From assembly GCA_046498225.1 (NCBI GenBank), contig JAWOBF010000059.1, forward strand, positions 8,900 through 72,899: a stretch of DNA of 64,000 nt, given 5' to 3'. This DNA comes from Candidatus Aegiribacteria sp. (GTDB taxonomy: Bacteria > Fermentibacterota > Fermentibacteria > Fermentibacterales > JCC-6). The notes under the pieces are model-generated. The model was not told the DNA's origin, did not search any database, and saw nothing but the letters and a program-made list of their open reading frames with translations. Below, piece by piece: positions 53,053-61,589 of the stretch (its first letter is position 1; every line of letters begins with the position of its first letter). The position numbers were made by a program, and so were the translations under genes.

Positions 53053-53858
53053 AATCCCTCCCAGTGGGCAAGCGCCCCCCTGACCATGGCCTGAAGGGTC
53101 GGGAGGTCCACCATGGTGGCCGAATCGCTCAGCGCCGCAGCCGGGTCCGGATGGGCCTCGATGAACAGCCCGTCCACTCCCCATGCGGCTCCGGCCCTGG
53201 CCAGCGCCGGAGCGTAACGGCTCCGGCCACCGCTGCTGTCTCCCGCGGCCCCGGGAAGCTGAAGGGAATGTGTCACGTCCAGGATGACCACCGGGGATAA
53301 TTCTCTCATCACCGACAGCGAGCGCATGTCCACCACCAGTTCGCCGTAGCCGAAGAAAGTGCCTCTCTCGGTGAGCCATGCTTCGGGACAGCCGGCGGAC
53401 ATCACCTTCTCCACCGCGCCTTTCATGTTCCCGGGAGCCATGAACTGCCCCTTCTTAATGTTCACCGGTCTTCCGGTGCCGCCGGCGGCCTCGAGTATGG
53501 ATGTCTGGCGGCAGAGAAAGGCGGGAACCTGCAGGATGTCCGCCACCTCCCCCACGGGAACCGCCTGAAGCGCGCTGTGAATGTCGGTCATGACCCTTAC
53601 GCCGAATCCGGCGGATACCTTCTCCAGTATCCTCAGTCCCTCTTCCATGCCGGGTCCCCGGTAGCCTGCCGGGCTTGTCCTGTTGTCCTTGAGGAACGAG
53701 CCCTTGAATACCCACTCCACCGGATGGTCAAGGCTGCCCATGAGCTGAGAGGTAAAATCGGCCACCTTCATGGCCACCTCCTCCGATTCCAGGCTGCAGG
53801 GACCGACGATGAACAACGGTTTACTGCAGGGATGTGAAATGATCCACCGCCCTTTCAA
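53049..53858 (-). CDS. kdsA: 2-dehydro-3-deoxyphosphooctonate aldolase (Kdo-8-P synthase)
   Basis: FIVGPCSLES, FKGSFLKDNRTS, DVTHSLQLPG and GLFIEAHPDP. The TTG start at 53858 overlaps the kdsB end by 38 nt, so the start is uncertain. Confidence 0.9.
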   Translation of the reverse strand: MKGRWIISHPCSKPLFIVGPCSLESEEVAMKVADFTSQLMGSLDHPVEWVFKGSFLKDNRTSPAGYRGPGMEEGLRILEKVSAGFGVRVMTDIHSALQAVPVGEVADILQVPAFLCRQTSILEAAGGTGRPVNIKKGQFMAPGNMKGAVEKVMSAGCPEAWLTERGTFFGYGELVVDMRSLSVMRELSPVVILDVTHSLQLPGAAGDSSGGRSRYAPALARAGAAWGVDGLFIEAHPDPAAALSDSATMVDLPTLQAMVRGALAHWEGL

Positions 53859-54549
53859 GGTCCTCCGGGGTGTCCACCCCTGTTCCGGGGAAGTCTCCCT
53901 CCACCACCATCATCCTTACCCCCGACTCCAGCCAGGCCAGCTGTTCCAGGTCCTCGGTCCGCGAGAGGCGGGTGGAGCCGCAGGAAACGCATCTCTCAAG
54001 TGATTCCGGAGTGAAGGAGTACACACCCACGTGCTCCAGCAGCTGCTCCGCGCCGTGCGGTACCGGGTGCCTCGAGAAATAGAGGGCTTCCCCGTTTTCA
54101 GCCACCGCCACCTTCACCATGTCGGGCGAACCCGCTTCGGCGGCGGGAACCCTTCGGGCCAGCGTCACCACGCGGTCGTCCCCGTGGGGAACCGAGAGCA
54201 GGGGAGCCAGCCAGCCGGGTCCCACCAGCGGCTCGTCCCCCTGGACGTTGATGATTATGCCGCCTGGACGGCCAACGGCGTCCCAGGCCATGAATACTCT
54301 CTCTGTGCCGGAATCGGCCCTGCCGGTCATCACCGCCCGGAACCCGGCCCCTTCCACCGTTTCCCTTATCCGTTCATCGTCCGTGGCCGCCATCACCATG
54401 TCCACGGATCCGGCCACGCCGCGCAGCACCCTGAGGATCATGGGAACCCCAGCCACGTCCGCCAGGGGCTTGCCCGGCAGCCTGGTGGAGGAGAATCTGG
54501 CGGGCACTATCGCCAGTGTAGCGGTATGGCCGGTTATCGTCCCAGCCAT
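53821..54549 (-). CDS. kdsB: 3-deoxy-manno-octulosonate cytidylyltransferase (CMP-Kdo synthetase)
   Basis: AIVPARFSSTRLPGKPLADVAGVPMI and NVQGDEPL. Confidence 0.9.
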   Translation of the reverse strand: MAGTITGHTATLAIVPARFSSTRLPGKPLADVAGVPMILRVLRGVAGSVDMVMAATDDERIRETVEGAGFRAVMTGRADSGTERVFMAWDAVGRPGGIIINVQGDEPLVGPGWLAPLLSVPHGDDRVVTLARRVPAAEAGSPDMVKVAVAENGEALYFSRHPVPHGAEQLLEHVGVYSFTPESLERCVSCGSTRLSRTEDLEQLAWLESGVRMMVVEGDFPGTGVDTPEDLERAVDHFTSLQ

Positions 54550-55637
54550 TTTTCACTGGCCCAGAGGGATACGCTCAGAACGGTCTCTTCCCGGAAGCTG
54601 TCCTGAAAATCCCTCCAGTAACTGTATCCTACGGCCAGGTCCAGTCCTGCGGTTCCCCGGTTGAACGAGTAACCCGCCCCGGCGGAGAGGGTTTGCGCCC
54701 CATCCCGCCAGAGGCCGTCCATGTAGCTGTAACCGCATCTCGGCTGAATACCTCCGCCGGCGTCCAGTTCGGCTCCCACCGAGTAGATGGTGCCTCCCTC
54801 CGTGCGGCTGCCCATTACGTTCATGGCCTTCCTGCCGAAGATGTCCATTCCGACAAGCAGTTCCCCCACCGGCCTGAACGACAAGCCCGCAGAGACCTCA
54901 CCGGGAATGGTGTAGAAGCTGCTGGTGCTGTCGGCGACCTCGGTAAGACTGAAGGCCCGCTCTACCCGCAGGGTTCCCTTCCTGTCCGTGGAGATGGACA
55001 GGCCCAGACCGAAACGGTCGGTATTGATGAGAAGGCCGGCCACCGCACCCCAGGCCATTCGGAAACGGGCGTCGTCCCTGTAGATTGAGTTGATGGGTAT
55101 CGGTGGAACCGAATCGCGGGAAATGAGTTCGACGTCGGAGCGGATGTTTCCGAAGGTGCTCCGTCCCCCCAGAGACAGCCCCAGCCAGTCGCTTGCCCGG
55201 ACCGAAGCGCCCGCGTAGGCCTCCGCCAGCCCGCCGGACCAGGTAAAGTTCCCGGTATGATCGCCGCCCGCATCAATGCCCTCCAGACCGGTGTCGATCC
55301 TGCTCCTGCCCTCGATGGCCCCGGTTATCACCACCCTTCCGGGAAGAGGTATCAGGGCGGCCACCATGGGGAAGCCCAGGCGGTTGTCCCAGGCAGCGTC
55401 ATCGCTTTCACTGTACCTTCCGGTGAAAGCGACGCCCCCCTCCAGCGTCCAGGCGGAGGCGGCGGGATTGAGCATTGTGAAATCGCTGGAGTTGGGTATT
55501 CCGACGCAGACACCTCCCATACCCAGTGATCTGGTGTTTATCGCCAGTATCTCCGAGCCTATACCGTCGGGAGGCGGAAGGTAATCCACCGAGAATATTC
55601 CGGAAAGCGCCGCTATCAGACAGGAAAGAATGGTCAT
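54534..55637 (-). CDS. Outer-membrane beta-barrel protein (FadL/PorV-like class) heading the Kdo/Lpt gene string
   Basis: Signal MTILSCLIAALSGIFSV. RSLGMGGVCVGIPNSSDFTMLNPAASAW motif. Amphipathic strands throughout. Confidence 0.6.
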   Translation of the reverse strand: MTILSCLIAALSGIFSVDYLPPPDGIGSEILAINTRSLGMGGVCVGIPNSSDFTMLNPAASAWTLEGGVAFTGRYSESDDAAWDNRLGFPMVAALIPLPGRVVITGAIEGRSRIDTGLEGIDAGGDHTGNFTWSGGLAEAYAGASVRASDWLGLSLGGRSTFGNIRSDVELISRDSVPPIPINSIYRDDARFRMAWGAVAGLLINTDRFGLGLSISTDRKGTLRVERAFSLTEVADSTSSFYTIPGEVSAGLSFRPVGELLVGMDIFGRKAMNVMGSRTEGGTIYSVGAELDAGGGIQPRCGYSYMDGLWRDGAQTLSAGAGYSFNRGTAGLDLAVGYSYWRDFQDSFREETVLSVSLWASEKWLGR

Positions 55638-55682
55638 ATGTTCCCCCGAGCTGTTCGTTTGTTGCCGTGCCCCCGGATGTAT

Positions 55683-55708
55683 CCTGGAAAGCCGCCCCTT
55701 GTTCCAGG
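55683..55708 (-). terminator. Weak hairpin directly after the beta-CASP stop, with no U-tract
   Basis: CCTGGAA (55683-55689) pairs with TTCCAGG (55702-55708). 7-bp stem, 12-nt loop, no flanking T-run. Confidence 0.2.
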
Positions 55709-55709
55709 G

Positions 55710-57101
55710 TCAGAGTTCAAAGGATTCACCCCTGGAGGGAATGGAAGGCGCAATTCCAGTCCGCTCCTCTATTCTTCGGGAGAGGACGGTGCTCTGCTCC
55801 AGCTCACCATGGACAAGGAAGATGTTCTCCGCCTCGCCGGCGGTCTTCTCGGCGTAATCCACCAGGGCGTCGGAGTCGGCGTGGGCCGAGAAACCGTTTA
55901 TCACTTCCACACCCGCGTTGACCTGGTACTCCTCGCCGAAGATCCTCACATCTTTCTCGCCCTCCAGAAGCCTTCTGCCAAGTGTATGCTCCGCCATGAA
56001 CCCGACGATAAGGACCGAGTTCCTTTCGTCCTGGATGTTGTTCTTCAGGTGATGCAGTATCCTGCCGTTCTCGCACATTCCGGAGGCGGAGATGATGATC
56101 ATGGGGCTTTCATCGTAATTGAGGGACTTGGAGTCCTCCACGCCCTGGGTGAAATGCAGTCCCTCGAACTGGAAGGGGCTCATCTTGCTGTAGAGATACT
56201 CCCGCATTTGAGAGTCGAAGCATTCCTGATGGATCTTGTAGACCTCCGTGGCATCGAAGGAGAGGGGTGAATCGACGTATACCCTCATGGGAGGCATCTC
56301 ATCCCTGGCCACCAGCTCGTGAATGTAGTAGAGGACCTCCTGGGTCCGTCCCACGCTGAAGGAGGGTATTATCAGCTTGCCGCCGGCGTCGAATGTCTTT
56401 CTTATTATGCCGCTGAACTTCTGGAGCGCCTCCTCCCGCTTACCGTGATTCCTTCCACCGTAGGTGCTTTCCATTATCAGGATGTCGGCCCTGGGACTCA
56501 TGTCGGGGTCCTTGAGTATAGGTCTGCCCGGCCTGCCCAGGTCCCCGGAGAAGAGCAGGGTCCTGCTTGTTCCCTTCTCCCTCACCGTGAGTTCCACCTG
56601 GGCCGACCCCAGTATGTGGCCGGCCTCAACGAATCTGAGGGAGACTTCCGGGAACAGCTGGAATGACCTGTCGTAGGGGATGGACATGAAGTGCTTCAGT
56701 GTCTCCGTAACGTCTTCGGCGGTGTAGAGCGGTTTCAGGGGAGGAAGGTCCTTCCTGGCCCTTTTTTTGTTCAGGTACTCGATATCGTACTTCTGTATGT
56801 GCGCGCTGTCCGGCAGCATTATCGCCGCGAGGTCACGGGTGGCGAAGGTGGAGGTAATCATACCCCCGAAACCCTTCTTCACCGCGGTGGGAAGGTTACC
56901 CGAATGATCGATGTGGGCATGCGACAGGACTATTGCGTCCAGCGTGGCTGGATCGAAGGGCATTTCCCGGTTCAGTTTCTCGCTCTCGTCCCTGTGGCCC
57001 TGATGAAGGCCGCAGTCCAGAAGTATCCTTCTGCCTCCTACCTCCAGCAGATGTTTCGACCCGGTAACCTCCCGGGCGGCTCCGTGGAATGTTATTTTCA
57101 T
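55710..57101 (-). CDS. MBL-fold beta-CASP family RNA-metabolising hydrolase (RNase J/CPSF73-like)
   Basis: MKITFHGAAREVTGS..., LSHAHIDHSGNLP (HxHxDH) and beta-CASP region motifs. GGAGGT RBS before ATG 57101. The 45-aa track extension has no support. Confidence 0.85.
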   Translation of the reverse strand: MKITFHGAAREVTGSKHLLEVGGRRILLDCGLHQGHRDESEKLNREMPFDPATLDAIVLSHAHIDHSGNLPTAVKKGFGGMITSTFATRDLAAIMLPDSAHIQKYDIEYLNKKRARKDLPPLKPLYTAEDVTETLKHFMSIPYDRSFQLFPEVSLRFVEAGHILGSAQVELTVREKGTSRTLLFSGDLGRPGRPILKDPDMSPRADILIMESTYGGRNHGKREEALQKFSGIIRKTFDAGGKLIIPSFSVGRTQEVLYYIHELVARDEMPPMRVYVDSPLSFDATEVYKIHQECFDSQMREYLYSKMSPFQFEGLHFTQGVEDSKSLNYDESPMIIISASGMCENGRILHHLKNNIQDERNSVLIVGFMAEHTLGRRLLEGEKDVRIFGEEYQVNAGVEVINGFSAHADSDALVDYAEKTAGEAENIFLVHGELEQSTVLSRRIEERTGIAPSIPSRGESFEL

Positions 57102-57350
57102 GTAATACCTCCAAAGCCCGACTATGTTCACTGAGTTCTCATCGGGCAACCTCGGGTGGGTTCGGGGAACCCGCGGAACCGTATGGACGTTACATACTGC
57201 AGGAAGTATCTTTGCGGGGCGGACGTGTGCGGACAAGGCTTAAAGTTCTGTTAGCATAAATCGCAAGCTGCTGTTCCACAAATATATAACCCATGAATTC
57301 ACGAAAGCAGGCTTTCTACGGCCGGCAACACAATAAGAAGGGATGAATCA

Positions 57351-59069
57351 ATGAAATGTTCTTCTGCCCTACTTGGTTCGCTTCTGCTCGTTCTTCCGGG
57401 CCTGGTCCTGGGAGATACTTCGATGGAGAGGATACTCACCTCCCTCGAGGCGGGGGAGATCAGCGCAATGGAAGCCGCCGGTCTCCTGGAGCAGAGCGTG
57501 TTCGATTACCACGGTCTGCCCTCGCGCTACACTGAAGGCGCCGAAGAGGTGCCCTGCGGCACTCCGGCCCTTGTGGAAGCCTGGCGTCTGGTGGGGGACG
57601 AAGACTCCCCCAAGGCCAACCGGCCGGTTCTCAGCGGACCCCATTACACCATCGACTCCCCCTCGGGCCACTTCAAGATCCACTGGACCGACTCCGGAGT
57701 GGACGCAACCAACCAGACCTACGCCAACTCCATCGCCCTGGCCGCGGATTCCGCGTGGGCTGTCGGGTGCGACCAGATGGGCTTCTACCAGCCACCTCCC
57801 GACAACGGCGTGGGAGGGGACGACAAGTACGACATCTACGTGATATACATCTCCGGGTCCACTCTGGGCTACACTTCCCCCAGCGGTGAGTACCATCCCC
57901 CAGACTCGACCCAGGACTGCACCGCCAGCCACATCGCCATGAACAACAACATTTCCGGCACCGGGCAGAGGGTCTGCACCGTGGCCCACGAGTTCAAGCA
58001 CGCTGTGCAGTTCAGCTACGACTACAACGAGCCCACCTGGTTCATGGAGAACTGCGCCGTATGGATGGAGGAGATCGTCTACCCCGACATCAACGATTAT
58101 CTCGGCTACATAAGTTACGGCGAGAACGCCCTCCGCACCCCCTGGATGGACATACGCTCAGGCTCCATGTACTGGTACGGAGCGTTCACCTGGCCCTGGA
58201 TGATGTGGGACAGATGGGGCTACGAATCGGTACGCACCGTCTGGGAGAACTGCGCCGCGGAAAACGGCAACAACATGCTGGATGCCCACAGTGACATGTT
58301 CGCCGACCACGGCCTCACCTTCAACGAGTTCTTCATGGATTACGGCGCCTGGAGATGGTTCACCGCGGGCAACTGGTTCTCCGGCTGCGGAATGTACAAT
58401 CCGGAGTGCGCCCTCTGGAATCCCGGGCCGCGGGTTCTCGCCTTCCATGATTTCAGCGACCTTCCCGCCTCCGGCGATGAGGGACCCTACGAGCCCGATA
58501 CCTGGGGGATCCACTGGATACGCGTGGACCTTGCGGATTACCAGGACGACTGGGTGGAGATGTCCTTCAACGGCAGGGACGGTTTCGAATGGGGCCTGGG
58601 TGTCATAATGCAGGACCTCTCCGGCAGGCTCAGCTTCGAATGGTACGAGTGCGACCCCGCCACCGGCGACAAGACGGTTTCCGTGGGCGGCAGCGGATGG
58701 GATTACGCCATCTTCTTCCCCGCTTTCCTCGGAATGACGCCTCTGGACCACTACTACTCCTTCGATATCACCTCCACCACCGGCATGGAGGGTTCTCCGG
58801 AGGTAAGCGACCAGCTCAGCCTGGGCGTTTCGTCCAATCCCATGCCGGCCGGAGGGTCCGTCACCTTCCAGATGCCTGAAGCGGGCAGCGCCCAGCTCAA
58901 GGTCTACGACATGAGCGGCAGGGTGGCCGCCACCCTTCTGGACGACAACATTCAGGCCGGGACCCACACGGTCCAGCTCCAGGGAGCGGAACTTTCGAGC
59001 GGCACCTACTTCATAATGCTGTTCGCCGACGGCAGGATGGCCGGACAGAAGATGGTCCTGACAAGGTAA
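57351..59069 (+). CDS. Secreted HExxH zinc metalloprotease-like protein with a T9SS C-terminal sorting domain (paralogue 1)
   Basis: Signal MKCSSALLGSLLLVLPGLVLG and TVAHEFKHAVQ. The last 84 aa (58815-59066) have T9SS CTD hallmarks (SSNP..., LKVYDMSGRVAATLL, SGTYFIMLFADG...KMVLTR). Confidence 0.8.
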   Translation: MKCSSALLGSLLLVLPGLVLGDTSMERILTSLEAGEISAMEAAGLLEQSVFDYHGLPSRYTEGAEEVPCGTPALVEAWRLVGDEDSPKANRPVLSGPHYTIDSPSGHFKIHWTDSGVDATNQTYANSIALAADSAWAVGCDQMGFYQPPPDNGVGGDDKYDIYVIYISGSTLGYTSPSGEYHPPDSTQDCTASHIAMNNNISGTGQRVCTVAHEFKHAVQFSYDYNEPTWFMENCAVWMEEIVYPDINDYLGYISYGENALRTPWMDIRSGSMYWYGAFTWPWMMWDRWGYESVRTVWENCAAENGNNMLDAHSDMFADHGLTFNEFFMDYGAWRWFTAGNWFSGCGMYNPECALWNPGPRVLAFHDFSDLPASGDEGPYEPDTWGIHWIRVDLADYQDDWVEMSFNGRDGFEWGLGVIMQDLSGRLSFEWYECDPATGDKTVSVGGSGWDYAIFFPAFLGMTPLDHYYSFDITSTTGMEGSPEVSDQLSLGVSSNPMPAGGSVTFQMPEAGSAQLKVYDMSGRVAATLLDDNIQAGTHTVQLQGAELSSGTYFIMLFADGRMAGQKMVLTR

Positions 59070-59156
59070 CGGGGCCCGGCAGCAGCTGGTAAGGAGCAGG
59101 GGCCCATCCGGGTCCCTGTTCCTGTATTGCACACCGCGGGACAAGGAGCATTCGAA

Positions 59157-60752
59157 ATGAGTTTGATAACGGCGGTATTGATGGCTCTTACGCCAGTCCT
59201 GTTGCCCCCCGCCTACGGAGATGTTCCCACGGAAAGCGGCCCCTGCGGAACGCCGGCGCTGATGGAAGCCTTCCGCCTCATCGGCCCTTCGGGTTACTCG
59301 TCCGCCAGCCGGCCGTCACTGAGCGGCACCGAGCAGACTCTCGATTCTCCCGGGGGGAACTTCAAGATACACTGGACCGATTCAGGTTCCGACTCCACCA
59401 CCAGCGGCTACGCCCTGAGCGTCGCCCTGGCGGCAGATTCCTCCTGGGCTGTACAGTGTGACCAGATGGGTTTCTTCGAGCCTCCCCCGGACAACGGAGT
59501 GGGAGGCGACGACCTCTACGACATATACGTGGTCCACCTGACCGGAGGCGTCATAGGCTACGCCTCCTGCGCGGGAGAGTACCAGCCGCCGGACTCCACC
59601 CACGACTGCTCGGCCAGCCATATCGTCGTGCACAATGAAATAACGGACATCGGTCAGAGGAACTGCGTGGTGGCCCACGAGTTCCAGCACGCGGTTCAGG
59701 CCTCCTACGATTACGGCGAGGCCATCTGGTTCCTGGAGAACTGCGCCGTCTGGGTCACCGAGGTGGTCTACCCTGACGTGGACGATTACCTGGGATGCAT
59801 AGCTTCCGGGGAGAACGCCCTCAGGACCCCCTGGCTGGACATACGGTCCTACTCCTACGGAGGATTCCCCTGGGTATGGATGATGTGGGACAGATGGGGC
59901 TACGAGTCTGTGCGGGATATCTGGGAGTACTGCGCCGCCGAGCCGGGAAGGAACACTCTGGGCGCCCACGATTCCATGTTCGCCGACCGCGGCATGACCT
60001 TCGAGGAGTTCTTCATGGACTACGGCGTCTGGAGGTGGTTCACCGCCGCCAACTGGTACGACGGTTGCGGAATGTACTGCCAGGAGTCCTCCACATGGCT
60101 CCCCGGACCGAGGGTCCTGCCCTGGCACGAGATAAACGAACTTCCATTCACCGGGGACCAGACCCCCTACTTCCCGCCCGACCGTTACGGAATACACTGG
60201 ATACGGGTGGACCTCGCCAACTACCAGGACGGCTGGATAGAGATGGACTTCGACGGCCGGGACGGTTTCCACTGGAACCTGGGAGTGATACTGCAGGACC
60301 TCTCCGGGGACCATTACTTCCAGTGGCACCAGTGCGATCCGGTAACAGGGGACAAAACCGTCTCGGTCAATGCCGACGGATGGGACTACGCCGTCTTCTT
60401 CCCCGCCTTCATGGACCTGTCCTCTCTGGACCACCTCTACGAATTCACCGTGGACTGCACCAGCGGCATGGAGGGGTCTCCCGACCCGGGAGAGCGGCTG
60501 AGCCTCGACGTATCCTCCAATCCGCTCAGCGGCGCAGGAACCGTCGATCTCACACTTCCGGAAACCGGAATGGCGCGGCTGGAGGTTTACGACGTGACCG
60601 GACGGCTTGCCCGGACCCTCCTCCGCGAAGAGCTGGACGCCGGCTGCCATACGGTGCAGTTCGAGGACACCGGCCTGACCCCGGGCACCTATTTCGTGGT
60701 GCTGTCCGCCGGCGGAAGCTCGTTCTGCAGAAAGGTGGCTCTGGTCAGGTAG
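59157..60752 (+). CDS. Secreted HExxH zinc metalloprotease-like protein with a T9SS C-terminal sorting domain (paralogue 2)
   Basis: Start MSLITAVLMAL after an AAGGAG RBS. VVAHEFQHAVQ. CTD at 60498-60749 (SSNP..., LEVYDVTGRLARTLL, PGTYFVVLSAGG...KVALVR). Collinear with paralogue 1. Confidence 0.8.
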   Translation: MSLITAVLMALTPVLLPPAYGDVPTESGPCGTPALMEAFRLIGPSGYSSASRPSLSGTEQTLDSPGGNFKIHWTDSGSDSTTSGYALSVALAADSSWAVQCDQMGFFEPPPDNGVGGDDLYDIYVVHLTGGVIGYASCAGEYQPPDSTHDCSASHIVVHNEITDIGQRNCVVAHEFQHAVQASYDYGEAIWFLENCAVWVTEVVYPDVDDYLGCIASGENALRTPWLDIRSYSYGGFPWVWMMWDRWGYESVRDIWEYCAAEPGRNTLGAHDSMFADRGMTFEEFFMDYGVWRWFTAANWYDGCGMYCQESSTWLPGPRVLPWHEINELPFTGDQTPYFPPDRYGIHWIRVDLANYQDGWIEMDFDGRDGFHWNLGVILQDLSGDHYFQWHQCDPVTGDKTVSVNADGWDYAVFFPAFMDLSSLDHLYEFTVDCTSGMEGSPDPGERLSLDVSSNPLSGAGTVDLTLPETGMARLEVYDVTGRLARTLLREELDAGCHTVQFEDTGLTPGTYFVVLSAGGSSFCRKVALVR

Positions 60753-60824
60753 GCCCTCTCCGGCGGTGCATTGGTTATATTCCCGCCTGGACCTCGAATG
60801 ATCCAGCCACACTCCGGAGGAGAT

Positions 60825-61589
60825 ATGTCCAGAACGGTCTTCGCCATGGCGCTTATCATAACGGCAGGATGCGGAAGGGCTGAACAATCGGCGGAATCCG
60901 CTTCGCCGGCCCTTCCGCCACTTCTGATCATTCAGTTCAGGAACACGGAAGAATCCCCGGACCTTCCATGGGGAATATCCCGGGGAAGGAGCGATGTCTC
61001 CTCCTCCATGCTCATCGGACCGGCGGTAAAACCGCCTGCGTACGGTCCCGTGATCCGGGAGACGCTGGACATGGGAATGCTGCTGGCCATGGTGAGCGAC
61101 AGCATTACTGACCTGGCCCCCGGCAGCGACGGCATTCTCATTCGGACCGATGACTCAGGAGCAGTCCGTGCTCTCCCCGGGGAGCTGATGGAGAGTTTGC
61201 CTGATTCCATGGAGCTGGACGTGACGAAGAACCATCAGCTCCTTCTGGAGCTGTGGGAGTTCTACAGACCCGATATGATACTCATTGACATCAGCGTGCC
61301 CGACCCGGCCCGGGTTCTCGAGCTGGCGGAGTTCTGGACCTCACCCGGCGTCCTGTCCAGTTATAGGGTGGTCCTGTACTCCCTCTCCCGGTCTCACTGC
61401 GGCAGGGGCTGGTTCGCGGCGGCGGGAAGAGGAATATGCGGGTCCACGCCCAGGGGAGTGACCGAGACCGGTCTCTTCGCCACCGTAAGGATGCTGGCCG
61501 GCCTGGACTGGTTCTCCGGCCTGCCCCGAAGCGTTCCCGCCATGTCGATCATGGAGGACCCGGATGAGGTCTGGAGGACGCTTCCATGA
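60825..61589 (+). CDS. Lipoprotein of unknown function
   Basis: MSRTVFAMALIITAGCG lipobox after a GGAGGAG RBS. 4-nt overlap with the next gene. There is a faint, unverified resemblance to a degenerate alkaline-phosphatase-superfamily core. Confidence 0.55.
   Translation: MSRTVFAMALIITAGCGRAEQSAESASPALPPLLIIQFRNTEESPDLPWGISRGRSDVSSSMLIGPAVKPPAYGPVIRETLDMGMLLAMVSDSITDLAPGSDGILIRTDDSGAVRALPGELMESLPDSMELDVTKNHQLLLELWEFYRPDMILIDISVPDPARVLELAEFWTSPGVLSSYRVVLYSLSRSHCGRGWFAAAGRGICGSTPRGVTETGLFATVRMLAGLDWFSGLPRSVPAMSIMEDPDEVWRTLP

Noticed and set aside
53053-53379. The N-terminal 109 aa of track ORF 52570..53379, upstream of the KdsC homology.
   Set aside because: The region lies inside kdsA in another frame and is Arg/Gly-rich. 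A GTG start at 53052 with a GGAGGG RBS and a GTGA stop/start overlap explains kdsC better.
55710-57236. N-terminal extensions in the ORF track: beta-CASP to 57236, M42 peptidase to 40412, Mrp to 8222, MFS to 10957, rpoN to 48472 and PEGA-FGE to 21097.
   Set aside because: In each case family homology starts at an internal Met preceded by an RBS or placed exactly after the upstream stop. The extensions are basic, low-complexity sequences that overlap neighbouring genes.
59070-59156. The GGGGCCC…GGGGCCC pair between the two protease paralogues, considered as a terminator hairpin.
   Set aside because: Only the self-complementary GGGCCC cores (6 bp) can pair, across a loop of about 22 nt, and there is no U-tract. 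This is not convincing as an intrinsic terminator.
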